This document shows positions 1-12,873 of a stretch of 64,000 nt of DNA, in pieces. The notes beneath the pieces are model-generated. The model ran no database searches and was not told the origin of the DNA. It saw only the letters and a program-made list of their open reading frames with translations. Each line of letters starts with the position of its first letter. Positions within the stretch are counted from its first letter, which is position 1. Origin of the DNA: Octopus vulgaris (taxonomy: Eukaryota); contig OX597815.1 in the NCBI GenBank assembly GCA_951406725.2, positions 208,754,001-208,818,000 on the forward strand, written 5' to 3'. Position numbers and translations under genes: made by a program.

Positions 1-1168
1 GAATCCCCTTGGCATAAAGCTGTCTTGCTCAATACTGCAACCCCCATTTGAGAGGTTTTGCATTTTATGAATTACTTGTTGACCTCACTTACGCTGGTGC
101 CAAGTAAAAAAAACATCCACTACCCTCTCTGTTGAAAGGGTTGATATTTAGAAATGCATCCAGTCATAAAAAAAACATGCCAAAACAGACATCAAGTCTT
201 TATACAGACCTCTGTTTCGTCAGCTGCTATCAAACCATCCAACCCATGCCAGCATAGAAGATGGGTGTAAAATGGCAGTGATGATAATGAAGATTGCTGT
301 TTTCCTGCTGCCGTTACATATCTGTAGAATTTACTGTTAGTACCTTAGTACTTTCAGTCAGAACATGAGCTTATGCATTTAAGCTTTCTGCTGCAGTTGT
401 TTGACATACTTTTTAATAGGCACCATGCCATTTACTGTACAGTAATTCCTAGGGCCATCTATCTTCAAACAGCTGTATCAGCGTAAATACTGAATTGAAG
501 AAAAAGAAAAATCTGCTGATGTTGAAGTATTTGGGATATTCTTCTATTCACTAAAATTCCTCACTGAACTAATACATTGGTAATTTTTACTTTGATTTTA
601 GCATCCTCACACATGGCACAAAAGCTCACAGACCCATTAATACATCTCTTAGCTTTCTCATTGTCCTTCAAGCTAACAAGAATAAATCCTTGTCAAACGC
701 AAAATATCTACTCTCACCTTAGAAGAAAGACAATTGGACTGGGTTTTTTTGTCTTTTCACTAGAAAAATGACAGAGCTAATATATTAAATAATTTGTATA
801 TAATCTTTGTTTTTCTTTTTTTGTTGAGATTTAGATATGTTTTTGACAGAATCTCTTAAAATTGGCTCCGGCTTCTTCAAGGGTTAATGCTTGTTTTTCA
901 AAGTGTACAACGTGTGTGTGTGTGTGTGTGTGTCTGTTTGTGCATTTATGGATGTTCTTTTCTCATAGGTGTTTTTGTTTCTTGGTAGCAAATGTAGGAT
1001 GGGCTTTGCAAATGTAATTATTTTCACATTGTGGCATTCGTTTTTGTTTTAGCAGTCAGATACCCAACCCTCCAATTGCTGACCAATCATGCATGAAGTA
1101 GGAATGAAATCAGTTTTACCAGCCAAACACAATAAGTTGTTATGTGTGAATGGTGTGTGTGAATGTGA

Positions 1169-1201
<33 letters not shown>

Positions 1202-2139
1202 TTCCTCATGGTTACATCATAGTTACTTGAAAGATGTTTCTACTCTTCTACCATTTATCACCCCCTCCTCTCTTTCTCTCTCCCCTCTCTCATATCGGCC
1301 ACTGCATGTGTATCGATGTGCTTAGTAAAATTTGCTTAATTGGACACAATGATGGCCCACTGTTTTTCAGCTCAAATCTAAGTTCACACAACTATGATTA
1401 AGACGTATAATGCAGTTGCCTGCCTATAACATTATTTGCTTATTGGTTTCAGCCATTGAACTGTGGCCACGCTGGAGCACTGCCTTTATAGTTACGTACA
1501 GATTCTTTTATTCCTTTTACTTGTTTCAGTCATTTGACTGTGGTCATGCCAGGGCACTACCATGAAGACTTTTTGTTAAAAGAATTGACCCTGGTACTTA
1601 TTTTTAAGCCTAGTTTAGCCTGGTACTTATCCTCTTGGTCTCCTTTGCTGAACTGCTAAGTCACAGGGACATAAACACACCAACACCAGTTGTCAAGTGT
1701 TGATGAGGAATGAACACAGACCATACCTGCACTTGTAATGGTTTTGTGTATTTTTGTGAAATATATTTTTGTATTTAACTTCTATTTTTGTTAAATAGCG
1801 TATTATCTGTTGCTTGTTATATTTTTGCGATTCTGAAAGGAGCTTTTAAGACCTGATTCGTTTAACTTTAGACAAGTCCTGACCTGGTTAAAGGCATTCC
1901 ACTTGTCTGTGACACTTTTTTGTAAAGTAAAATATGGTTAGGAAATATGTGGGTGCTACTTGCACTGCTCCAAAGAGGAAAAAGTATGTAGATGCAGTGA
2001 AGACAGCAGAGAGGATTGTAAGGTAACCATTTTGGATCCTTTCAGACATTGAGCACTGCAAACAACTAAAGGTCCAAGGTGGACACTCAGATGCCTCTAC
2101 AAATGTCAAACCAATGGCCACTACTGATTCCCTATATGT

Positions 2140-2360
2140 CACACCAGTATGCTTGCCAAATGTCAGGGAACTTGTAATATCCGACTAACACAAAACCCCA
2201 TACCTGAAAAATGTGATTGCATGTAATGAAGCAATATGCATGGCACTTAGAGAAACACATGGAATGCTAACGTATCAAATGTTGAGGTAGACATACCAAA
2301 GAATCGTGTATTTTGAACAGACATGAGAGAAAGAACTCATGGTGGCAATGTACACCTCGG
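2140..2360 (+). mobile_element. Degenerate LINE (CR1/L2/Jockey-type) APE endonuclease N-terminal fragment
   Basis: Manual translation with stops and frameshifts: NVREL...PYLKNVIACNEAICMALRETH-WNANVSNVEVDIPKNRVF*TDMRERTHGG-AMY, resembling the APE motifs NVRGL/ETW/RxDR..GGGVA. Confidence 0.6.
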
Positions 2361-2423
2361 AAGATGTCACACTCAAACTCCATTTATGACACTCTAGTAG
2401 AATACATTAAACAAACCAAAATC

Positions 2424-2534
2424 TTATTTCTTTATTGCCCACAAAGGGCTAAACATCGAGAGGACAAACAAGGACAGACAAAGGGATTAAGTCGATTACA
2501 TCGACCCCAGTGTGTAACTGGTATTTAATTTATC
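2424..2534 (-). mobile_element. SINE family B 3' fragment
   Basis: Reverse complement of the tail gccctttgtgggcaataaagaaata and of ggggtcgatgtaatcgac, shared with the copies at 9.3, 43.3 and 50.0 kb. Confidence 0.85.
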
Positions 2535-2681
2535 ACAGATGGAACCGCGAATGGCTCGCTATCTCCAGTGACCTTGCTCGGAACTGTCGAGCGTGGGCTG
2601 CCATGGTTCGTGATGCTGTTTAGGACCAGAGAAGAAGCCGGCTCAACCCGCACTGGGTGAATGCCGTCACAAGTACAAGTA
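2535..2681 (+). mobile_element. 5'-truncated RTE-clade LINE 3' end inserted in a SINE B copy
   Basis: Translates RWNREWLAISSDLARNCRAWAAMVRDAV..EEAGSTRTG*, followed by a (CAAGTA)2 tail; GC-richer than flanks. Confidence 0.7.
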
Positions 2682-4150
2682 CCCTGACAGGATTTGAATT
2701 CAGAGCAAAAGGAGCCAGAACAATTATCACAAAGCAACCCAATCCATGGTGTTGCAACTTAGTCAATGCTCTTCCTTAAAATCCAATATATTAACTTCTA
2801 ATATTTTATTTTATATGAAATGAATTAATATAAAATAACAGAAGTTATTATCTAAAAACTTATACAGCTTTATTATATTGATATTTTTTTTTTTAATGAA
2901 ATGAGGTGGGGGGAAAATTTTCAGCTAATACCTTTGCTATATGCACCCTTAATTTTAATATTTTAATATTTGTGGAAAAAACCTTAAAAAAAACAAACTG
3001 TGTTTATTACATTTGGAATTTTACAGTAAATGAGCAAGCGAATAGTAACAATATACATTGAAAACAATGATAAACAATAGCTATATGTTATCACAATATT
3101 TTGAATAATGCTATTATTACAAAGCAAACATTTATATCTATGGGTGTATGAATGCAAGTGTGTGTGTGTGCATGTATATTCACATGTATGCATATGTATA
3201 TATCTGTATATGTATGCATATATTTGGGTGTGTTTGTGTGTATGTATATGTGTATGTATACATATGTGTGTGTATACATCGTGTGTGTGTGTGTGTATAC
3301 ATAGATATACAAACATACATACACATATGTACATATGTGTGCGTACACACATGACAGTATGGTTACATAATTTTCATACATGATAGAAAACAATAACCAG
3401 ATATGTTGCCTTCTCAAGAAGATGGAGGAATTATTTCTTTTTTGGTTATATACCTGCTTAAATGCATCTGTAATGTTTATCACCGAGCCAATGAGTGAGT
3501 CTCTAAGTAGCCATTCTACCTGCTAAGAAATAACATCTAAATCGGCAAATTCTTTATACTCACTAAGGAGTGAATCTCTAAGTGGTCACTCTACCTGCTA
3601 GAAAAAAAAAACCCAGCTAAATCTTCAATTTGTACCATACTATCTCAACAAATTGAGATCATCATAATCATTATTTATGGTCCTTGTTCCATGTTGGCCT
3701 GGGATGGATTGTTTAATAAGAATATGATGCTGTCCAAAGGCAGCATTGTACTTGAATGTCTACTTGGTATGATGTGGCTGGATGCCCTTCCTAATACCTT
3801 CCATTTTAAGGCATGTACTAGGTACTCTTTTTGTATGAGTCTCTAAGGGGTCACTCTAAATCATCGCCATCATCGTTTAACATCCGTTTTCCAAGCTAGC
3901 ATGGGTTGGGCAGTTTGACCGGGGTCTGGGAAGCTAGGAGGCTGCATCAGCCTCCAGTTTGATCTGGCAGTGTTTCTACAGCTGGATGCCCTTCCTAACA
4001 AAAAACAAAAAAAAACAGCTAAATCTTCAATATGTACCACCACACAGCTTGCAAGATTATGAACCTTGGAGATGCAAAATAAGTTTGAGAGAAGAAGCAG
4101 AAATGGTCACATGACTACTCATACTGTAGGATAGAGGTCAGGGTGTGTGA

Positions 4151-4396
4151 TCAAGATTGAATTGGGAAGAGAAAGATAGTGTTGTAGATGAAGGATCTGT
4201 GTGTGGACCCTTAAATTATGAGGTGGGTAGAAGGGTATGAGGGCAGAAAAATAATGTGTCTAGTCTGTGGAAATCAAGATTGATTTGGGAGGTGACAAAG
4301 ATAGTGTTGTAGATGAAGCATCTGTGTGGACCCTTAAATTATGAGGTGGGCAGAAGGGTATGAGGGCAGAAAAATAATGTGTCTAGTCTGTGGAAA
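4151..4396. repeat. Tandem duplication, 2 x ~123 bp
   Basis: tcaagattga...aaagatagtgttgtagatgaag...gtctagtctgtggaaat occurs at 4151 and again at 4274. Confidence 0.9.
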
Positions 4397-5821
4397 TTGC
4401 ATCTTTGTACCAGTTCATTGATGCATATTTACACTGCCCATCCACTGGATCTTGGTCACTTCATTTATTTCCATTTTTCTCATCTTCAGCATTGAAGGTC
4501 AGCGCCTTGTTACTGTATAGCATTGCAGTTCTAACACAAACATCATACAATTTCCCTTCACTTCAAGACAAAAGACCCTTGTTAGCAGTAGCTGTGGCAG
4601 TAATGGCACCCTGAACCTTTTTCCACCCTGCTATATTTTCAGAGTAACAACCTTCCCTGCTTATCCTGTCACATTTATAAGAAAAACTGTCAACTACTGC
4701 TAGCAAAAATAATTAATTATTCCTTAGCTGTATTTCTACCCTTTTGCTTTTTTAGCCTTTTTTGTTGTTACACAAGAAATACTGAATTCCCTTTCCGGTT
4801 CGTGATGGCCCACCAGCTTTCCATAAATGGTTAAAATGAGTAAATAAATACAACTCTCATTGTGAAGTGATGTAATTGCACTCTCTTTGCAAACATCATA
4901 ATTTCTGTAAAAAGCAAGTTCCGTCTTCTTATTTTTGTTTTTGTTTACTTGTGTGCCAAACCTCTACATATCGTGAGATTCAAAATCTCTATTGAAAACA
5001 ATTATTTATGATTACATAATTATAGCTTTCATTTAGTTAGCTTGTATTTCCTATTATTATTATTATTATTATTATTATTATCATTAGTGTTGTTGTTGTT
5101 GCTGTTGTTATTATAATACTTCAAATGGAAAGAATGCCGATCAGTACCCACTAACCTCTACTCTAATGATCTGTTTAGCTACTTTAATGATTTAAGATAT
5201 CTTGTTCCATTAATATTGAACATAATGTAGACAAGCGGGGTTGTGTGATGCAGAATTCTTAGCTATTTAATCAAAAACATAAATGCTGAATATAGCATTT
5301 CTTTTAACTTGTTTGATATCCATATTAATTACTCTTTAAATATTTTCATGTATGTAATTAATGCAATATCATTAGTTGACGTTGATTTATTTTTGGAAAA
5401 ATATGTTTGAATTTATCGTTTCATAGTTTTGATGTAATTCATTTTTTTTTTTTAAATCGATTTTCCTAATGAATTTGAAAGTTTTTTTGTCTTCTCCCTG
5501 CTTCTCAACATCACCATTTCTCATAAATGATTCTCGGAAGCTAATTTTATTTTATTGCTCAGTTAGAATGAAAGGGGCAGCACATGTGACCTTTTTTCTG
5601 CTGGAGGGAAGGAAGTAGCTACAAACCAGAGAGCTGGTCTGAATGATTGCAAAAGAGTGAGCTCCCAAAAGGGAACCAAACGGCCAGGTAGTTATGTTAA
5701 ACTGATCTGTGAAATTTATGCAGTACATGTGATGAAAACTCCCATCCATTGGGTCCCCAGTTTCTAGAAAGGGGCATGACATACATACATATATATATAT
5801 ATATATGAAATAAAATGATAC

Positions 5822-6056
5822 AACAAAACCAAGGCATTGTGAATAAAAAGAAGGGTAGTCTTACAGCTGTTTCAAGGATATAAAAGATATATTATCCTCA
5901 GAGACGATATGAGAGAGTTAGAGTTAAATTTCCTTCTATTTAACTCTCTCATATCATCTCTAATGATGAGATACCTTTTATATCCCTGAAACAGCTGTAA
6001 GACTACTCTTGTCTTTATAAAATGTCCTAGAAATTTCACACTGCCTTGCTTTTGTT
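5822..6056. mobile_element. Penelope-like palindromic repeat with two degenerate hammerhead motifs in opposite orientation
   Basis: Arms agtcttacagctgtttc..gagagagtta / taactctctc..gaaacagctgtaagact; same family as 11770-11875. Confidence 0.7.
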
Positions 6057-6489
6057 TAACCTACAGATGCTCACACACAAACTGTGTTAGACTCCTCACT
6101 GATACTATTATAGAACCAAGAGTCTAACATTGGTCATTCCGTAGCACTTACATAGCATTACGTTCCTTTTGGATTTTCTGGATATGAAAACCTTTCATAT
6201 ATATTAGCTGCAAATACTGGACAAAATCATGGGTAGCTCTTTGGCAAGGCATAGCACCCATTACCCACTCTGTCAGGGTCACGATGGAATCCTGAATCCT
6301 TGTAAAGAGTGGAAATGGCACTATGTTATTGGAAAGCAGATGGTAGTAGGGAATGAAATAAAAATAAAAAAAACTAGAAAGGCACTCCGCCAAGCAGCTC
6401 ATTTTCACCCATATACACGCATGTTGAAAATCGACCAATTTCCTAAACCAACACTGGCAAAAACATAACCTCCGTGGCAGGGTTAAAAA

Positions 6490-6713
6490 AATATATGTGT
6501 GTGTGTGTGTGTGTGTGTGCTTGTGTGCCTGTGTTCCCCACCCCCATCACTTGACAGCAAAAGTTGGTGTGTTTACACCACCGTAACTTAGTAGTTCAGC
6601 AAAAGAGGCTGATAGAATAAGTACTAGGCTTATAAAGAATAATTTGTTGAACTAAAGGCAGTGCTCCAGCATGGCCACAGTCAGATGACTGAAACAAATA
6701 AAAGAATAAAAAG
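6490..6713 (+). mobile_element. SINE family A, 3' half
   Basis: gatagaataagtactaggctt...ctccagcatggccacagtc..tgactgaaacaa tail. Confidence 0.85.
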
Positions 6714-6945
6714 AATTGGCATTGCAAATGTAATTCCATCCTTCTTTTCTTGCATGATTCCTCTCAGAGTGCATCAACTGACATGCCCTCCCTTATTTAA
6801 GTGACTGTGTGATCTGAAGGAAATTTGGCTGATGTGTCTAGCAGGCTGACTGATCATATTCTATGTATATTGTTGATAATTTTGCTTTTACTGAGTTGCC
6901 TTCTTATTTTCTTTGTAGCTTTTCTTTCTATATTACCATCTAAAC

Positions 6946-7242
6946 CAGTGGTTCTCAGCATTGGGCCTGGGAAAATTGTGAGTGGACCTGAGAAAATTTT
7001 GAGGGCGCTTGGGAAAATTTTGAGAGGGGCCTGGAAACTTTCTGGATTGGAAACAAGCTGTTCTTAGCATTCAATTTGCTGTTGAATCTGCTGCAAATTG
7101 CGACTTTTGGGGCAAATGCAATGGCAGGTAGACACAATGGATTTATAGTGCAACTGAAAGAAACTGGTTTAGAGCTTAGAGGGCCTGGGATGTTTTTATC
7201 ACAAAATGTGGGCCCGAAGGTGAAATATGTTGAGAACCACTG
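6946..7242. mobile_element. hAT (Charlie-like) MITE
   Basis: TIRs cagtggttctca / tgagaaccactg; 8-bp TSD atctaaac/atctgaac. Confidence 0.85.
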
Positions 7243-7293
7243 ATCTGAACCTTACTATATGAAAATTATGTATGTATATATGTACTGAGTGAA

Positions 7294-7628
7294 GGCGCAT
7301 GGCTCAGTGGTTAGAGCGTCGAGCTTACAATCATGAGGTTGTGAGCTCGAATCCCGGACCGGGCTGCCTGTTGTGTTCTTGAGCAAGACACTTTATTTCA
7401 CGTTGCTCCATTTCACTCAGCTGTAGAAATGAGTTGCGACGTCACAGGTGCCACGCTGTATCGGCCCCTTTGCCTTTCTCTTGGATAACATCGGTGGCGT
7501 GGAGCGGGGAGGCCGGTATGCATGGGCGACTACTGGTCTTTCATAAACAACCTTGCCCGGACTTGTGTCTGGGAGGGTAACTTTCTAGGTGCAATCTCAT
7601 GGTCTGTGTTGTGACCGAAGGGGGTCTC
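7294..7628 (+). mobile_element. tRNA-derived SINE family D, full length
   Basis: A box tggctcagtgg, B-box-like gctcgaatccc, CORE/V-like gtgttcttgagcaagacactt; second copy at 61.2 kb. Confidence 0.85.
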
Positions 7629-7701
7629 AGATACATGTATACACTCACATGTGTGTGTATGTGTATATATATCTGTATCTATCTATTCATCAATACACAC
7701 A

Positions 7702-7744
<43 letters not shown>

Positions 7745-8584
7745 GCATAAGTACACACATACATATTTTATTTATTCATGTAGTTTTTCTAATCTGTAGA
7801 ATTCTAATTCAATAAAATTTTTCTATGATATTTTGTCATTCATCTTCTATTCCTGAAGAAAATGAAACAGCAACAATGGCAACATTAATAACAAGAACAA
7901 TCGGAAAAACGAAAGCCTTGATTTCAAAAGTGTCATAAGTGCAGTGAGACGCAGATTCAAAATGAAAGGAATGGTAATAGAAGATAAAAAAAGACTTTTA
8001 TAAAAAAGACTTTTAGGTTTTTATGGGTGGGACAAGAGATTAAAAAAAAACAAAAAAACAGAAAACCAAACGAAAAACAAAAAAAAACACAATCTTAATA
8101 ATCAAATCCTCACCCTTTCCAACAGAGAAGTAGTGATTAAAGAAATGCAAAATAAAAGAAAGCCCCCCCCCCCCCAAAAAAAAAATAGAAAAAAAAATAT
8201 AGTAAATAATAATGATGAGCTTCATCTTATGGCTGTTGATACGAATTAGCATAAAGTATATTTTTTATTTCATTTTACTTGTTTGTTTTTTTTTTTTTGG
8301 TTTGGCTTGAGAATGACATATGACACATGACACAAACTTTGCAATAGTATTATGTTATGATGACAGCTGTAAATATTATTTTTCTTTTGTTTTGTTTGAT
8401 CCTCTCCTCCTCCTCTTCCTCCACCCCTTCCTTCTTGTGTTGGCTGTGTTGACAATGATTTGTGTAGTGTTTGCGTTTCATAAATCTGTTTGCTTGGTCG
8501 GTGATTGTTTGGTTTCTACTTTTATATCCTTTTCAGTTGTTTTCTTGTAAACAGTGACTTTTTGCTTTTATCTTCTAGATTATA

Positions 8585-8630
<46 letters not shown>

Positions 8631-8778
8631 GACATGAACACGTCCCTCTTCTAACTCGCATGCACCGTGCATTCGCGCCCCGCCCCACCTACTTGTCTCA
8701 TATAGATAAGAATATACACATTGCAGTATAGTTATGCACGCATGCTAAGAAATGTATGCATACATCTACCTAAAGATA

Positions 8779-8955
8779 GGTGCAGGAGTGGCTGTGTGGT
8801 AAGTAGCTTGTTTACCAACCACATGGTTCCAGGTTCAGTCCCACTGCGTGGCACCTTGGGCAAGTGTCTTCTACTATAGCCTCGGGCCGACCAAAGCCTT
8901 GTGAGTGGATTTGGTAGACGGAAACTGAAAGAAGCCCGTCGTATATATGTATATA

Positions 8956-9001
<46 letters not shown>

Positions 9002-9220
9002 TGTGTGTGTTTGTGTGTCTGTGTTTGTCCCCCTAGCATTGCTTGACAACCGATGCTGGTGTGTTTATGTCCCCGTCACTTAGCGGTTCGGCAAAAGAGA
9101 CCGATAGAATAAGTACTGGGCTTACAAAAGAATAAGTCCCGGGGTCGAGTTGCTCGACTAAAGGCGGTGCTCCAGCATGGCCGCAGTCAAATGACTGAAA
9201 CAAGTAAAAGAGTAAAAGAG
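8779..9220 (+). mobile_element. tRNA-derived SINE family A (CORE-like), full length
   Basis: A box tggctgtgtgg, B box ggttcagtccc, accttgggcaagtgtctt core, internal (TA)n/(TG)n, (AGTAAAAG)n tail; about 18 copies in the window. Confidence 0.92.
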
Positions 9221-9298
9221 AGAGAGTATACGTACATAGTGACTTAAATATGTCCCTCCTCTAACTTGCAAGTACCATGCATATGAAGGTAGGGCATT

Positions 9299-9696
9299 GA
9301 GCTGGCAGAATCGTTTGCACGCCAGTCGTAATGCTTGGTGGTATTTCGTCTGCCGCTACGTTCTGAGTTCAAATTCCACTGAGGTTGACTTTGCCTTTCA
9401 TCCTTTCGTGGTCGATTAAATAAGTACCAGTTACACAGTGGGGTCAATATAATTAACTTAATCTGCTTGTTTTTCCTTGTTTGTCCCTTTTGTGTTTAGC
9501 CCCTTGTGGGTAGTAAAGAAATAGGTATTTCGTCTGCCGTTATGTTCTGAGTTCAAATTCCGCCGAGGTTGACTTTGCCTTTCATCCTTTCGTGGTCGAT
9601 TAAATGGGTACCAGTTACACACTGGGGTTGATATAATCAACTTAATCTGTTTGTTTGTCCCTTTTGTGTTTAGCCCCTTGTGGGTAGTAAAGAAAT
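9299..9696 (+). mobile_element. SINE family B, tandem dimer
   Basis: B box gagttcaaattcc, Meta/MESC-like gcctttcatccttt..gtcgat..aagtaccag, tail gccccttgtgggtagtaaagaaata; second unit restarts at ggtatttcgtctg. Confidence 0.88.
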
Positions 9697-9921
9697 AGAT
9701 ATGGTCATATACAGAAAAATGGTTTCGCTTATGCATACACATATAATCATGTAGAGATAAATGCGTGTGTATGTGTGCACACATATATAGGTACATGCAC
9801 TGATAAAATGTGCATTCAGGCATACATAAATTCACCCATGGGCATGCATAAAGATAGATGTATGTGTACATATCTGTATATAAACATGCGCACTCGCACT
9901 CAAGTTCACAAATATAATTAT

Positions 9922-10564
9922 AGTGGCCGATGCCAGCGCCGCCTCCACTGGCTTCCGTGCCGGTGGCACGTAAAATACACCAATCTGACCGTACGACAGG
10001 CACCCATGCCAACCCCCTTTGCTTGTGAAGACATGTTGGGGCAAGCGAAATCGAAATCGAAAACGAATTGAACCAGCCAGGATCCCTGGTCTGGTGGTAC
10101 GTAAAAAGCACTATCCGACTCGTGGCCGTGGCACGTAAAATTTTCCAATGCGACCTTATGACAGGCACCCATGCCAACCCCCTTGGTTGCGAAGACATGT
10201 TGGGGCAAGCGAAATCGAAATCGAATTGAACCAGCCAGGATCCCTGGTCTGGTGGTACGTAAAGAGCACCATCCGACTCGTGGCCGATGCCAGCACCGCC
10301 TCGTCTGGCTTCCGTGCCGGTGGCACATAAAATACACCACTCCGACCGTGGCTGTTGCCAGCCTCGCCTGGCACCTGTGCAGGTGGCACGTAAAAAGCAC
10401 CCACTACACTCACGGAGTGGTTGGTGTTAGGAAGGGCATCCAGCTGTAGAAACACTGCCAGATAAGACTGGAGCCTGGTGCAGCCTTCTGGCTTCACAAA
10501 CCCCAGTCGAACCGTCCAACCCATGCTAGCATGGAGAACGGACGTTAAACGATGATGATGATGA
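9922..10564 (+). mobile_element. Repeat family C (RTE LINE 3' UTR) with internal tandem modules
   Basis: ggtggcacgtaaaaagcacc modules, ggaagggcatccagctgtagaaa, (GAT)n tail. Confidence 0.85.
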
Positions 10565-10725
10565 TACATGCGCTCACATGCATAAAAATACATGCAAGCA
10601 AAACTATAAATGTGTATACAGGTATTGACATTATATACAAGTATTTGTGTGTGTACATGTGTATATGTATATGCATTCTTTTATTCTTATACTTATTTGT
10701 CATTTGACTGTGGCCATGCTGGACC

Positions 10726-11694
10726 ACAAGGAGGATGTGTGATGATCTGGGTGGGGGAGCTATATCTTGGAAATCCACCGACCCAATGGTTTCCCTTCTT
10801 GGCAAAATTAAGTGTCAAGATTATTTAAGCATTTTCTTTGATCAAATTCATCCCATATTTGCGCAAGTTTTTTCCGGAGGGAAACGCAATCTTTCAGGAT
10901 GATAATGCACCAATTCACACACCTAAAGTAGTTACTGAATGGCACGAGGAACATTCTAGTGAAGTTGATCATCTTATCTGGCCATCACAGGCCCCAGATC
11001 TCAATATTATTGAACCGTGGCCTCTACCTGGGATGTAGCCGGTCCACTTAAGCATACCTTTCCTTCTTGGGACACAAAACTCCACTTGTGAAGACCTGTT
11101 GAGGTAAGTGAAAATGAAAATCGTAATCGATCAACATCAACGGAAATTGCAGTTGTGATGCCAGTGCCGGTGGTACGTAAGAGAACCATCCGAACGTGGC
11201 TATTGCCAGTGCCGCCCCGAATGGCCTCGTGCCGGTGGCATGTAAAGAGCACCATCCGATCGTGGCCATTGCCAGCCTTGCCTGGCACGTAAAAGCACCC
11301 ACTACACTCATGGAGTGGTTGGTGTTAGGAAGGGCATCCAGCCATAGAAACATTGCCAGATCAGACTGGGCCTGGTGCAGCCTTCTGGCTTCCCAGACCC
11401 CAGTTGTGCCGTCCAAACCATGCTAGCATGGAGGGCAGACGCTAAACGATGATGATTTATGGTGCATTTTAGAAAAACAAGTAAGGAGTCGATAACCTCC
11501 ACCATCATCACCACAAGAACTGGAGACTGTTTTAGCTGAAGAATCAACAAAAATTCCTTTGGAAACAATCCAAACTTTGTACAAGTCCATACCCTGCAGA
11601 ATTCAAGCTGTAATTACTGCCAAAGGCAGTTCTATTCCATATTAAAACAAATTTATTTGAAATTTTAAGATGTTTTCCTTATTTTGTCCAACCC

Positions 11695-11697
<3 letters not shown>
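10726..11697 (+). mobile_element. Tc1-like transposon 3' part (DD36E transposase pseudogene + right TIR), interrupted by a family C insertion
   Basis: GGCVMIW..FQDDNAPIHT..WPSQAPDLNIIE, resumes after 11455 as LWCILEKQVRSR..RIQAVITAKGSSIPY*; ends ttttgtccaacccctg. Confidence 0.9.
11016..11454 (+). mobile_element. Family C (RTE 3' end) nested in the Tc1 element
   Basis: Splits the codon string IIE/HLW; ends in a (GAT)n tail. Confidence 0.88.
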
Positions 11698-11745
<48 letters not shown>

Positions 11746-11813
11746 AGAATTTTTTGTGTAATGAGATAAAAAAACCAAGGCTGTGTAGATATTAGAATAT
11801 TTATAAATAGAAT

Positions 11814-11865
11814 GTCTTACAGCTGTTTCCAGGATATGTATTAATTACATCCCTTCATCAGAGAC
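11814..11865 (-). ncRNA. Minimal type I hammerhead ribozyme motif in a Penelope-like repeat
   Basis: Minus strand: gtct CTGATGA agggatgta..tacatatcctg GAAAC agct GTA agac; stem I gtct/agac, palindromic stem III. Confidence 0.72.
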
Positions 11866-12161
11866 GGTGTGAGAGGATGGTTAAGTAATAATTAATTTAG
11901 ATAGGATACAAAATAGCGAATGAGGTGGAGGAAAGAAAATAGATGTGAGATATGTAGGGATATTAAATTTACTAGGTTTCTTGTAAACAGTGACTTTTCA
12001 ATTTTATCTTGTAGTTTATATGTGTGTGTGTGTGTGTGTGTGTGTATTTATTTATATATTTACACACGCATACACAAATTCACTCATACCAACAAATATA
12101 TATGCAGGTATACACATATATGAATGCGTGTGTGTGTACGCTTACCTGCATGTGTGCGTGT

Positions 12162-12222
<61 letters not shown>

Positions 12223-12380
12223 TAGATAGATAGATAGATAAACAAATAGAGATATATAAAATCTGTGTATATGTATGTGTGTAAATATATATATAGAAAT
12301 ATGATGTTTACATTTGTTTATATCATGTATGTGCATATATATAATATGTTTGTATATATATGTATGTTTGTGTATGTATG

Positions 12381-12415
<35 letters not shown>

Positions 12416-12593
12416 TCATAATCAGTGTATGAGATTGTACACATCATTGCTAGAAATAGGAGTCAAGTGGCTCTAGCAAGCTTTGTTCAATCTTGTACCT
12501 TGATTATATATTAATAAGTTTACCTTTTGGGTTATTTTAATACTTGCTAGCAACTTAAATACTTATATTATTATTTTTTGTTATAATATCTTT

Positions 12594-12644
<51 letters not shown>

Positions 12645-12834
12645 TATATGGGTGTATGATTGTGTGTTTATATGTATATAAATGTATGTGTGATATATAT
12701 TCCAAGAATAGCATGACCTGTCAGTATGAGTTTTTCTTTGAGTTCATTCCAAATATTCCATCTGCAACATTTTCCATCAATTAAGAATTCCTTAAACTGT
12801 TTATATAAATTGTTTTCTGCTGAATATCACCTTG

Positions 12835-12873
<39 letters not shown>

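Noticed and set aside
7294-7370. tRNA gene (also 63545-63616)
   Set aside because: A/B boxes are present but there is no proper acceptor stem, and the sequence continues into a multi-copy SINE body
9458-10593. 246/160/145-aa ORFs
   Set aside because: Antisense read-through of family B and C repeats; the same peptides recur at every copy
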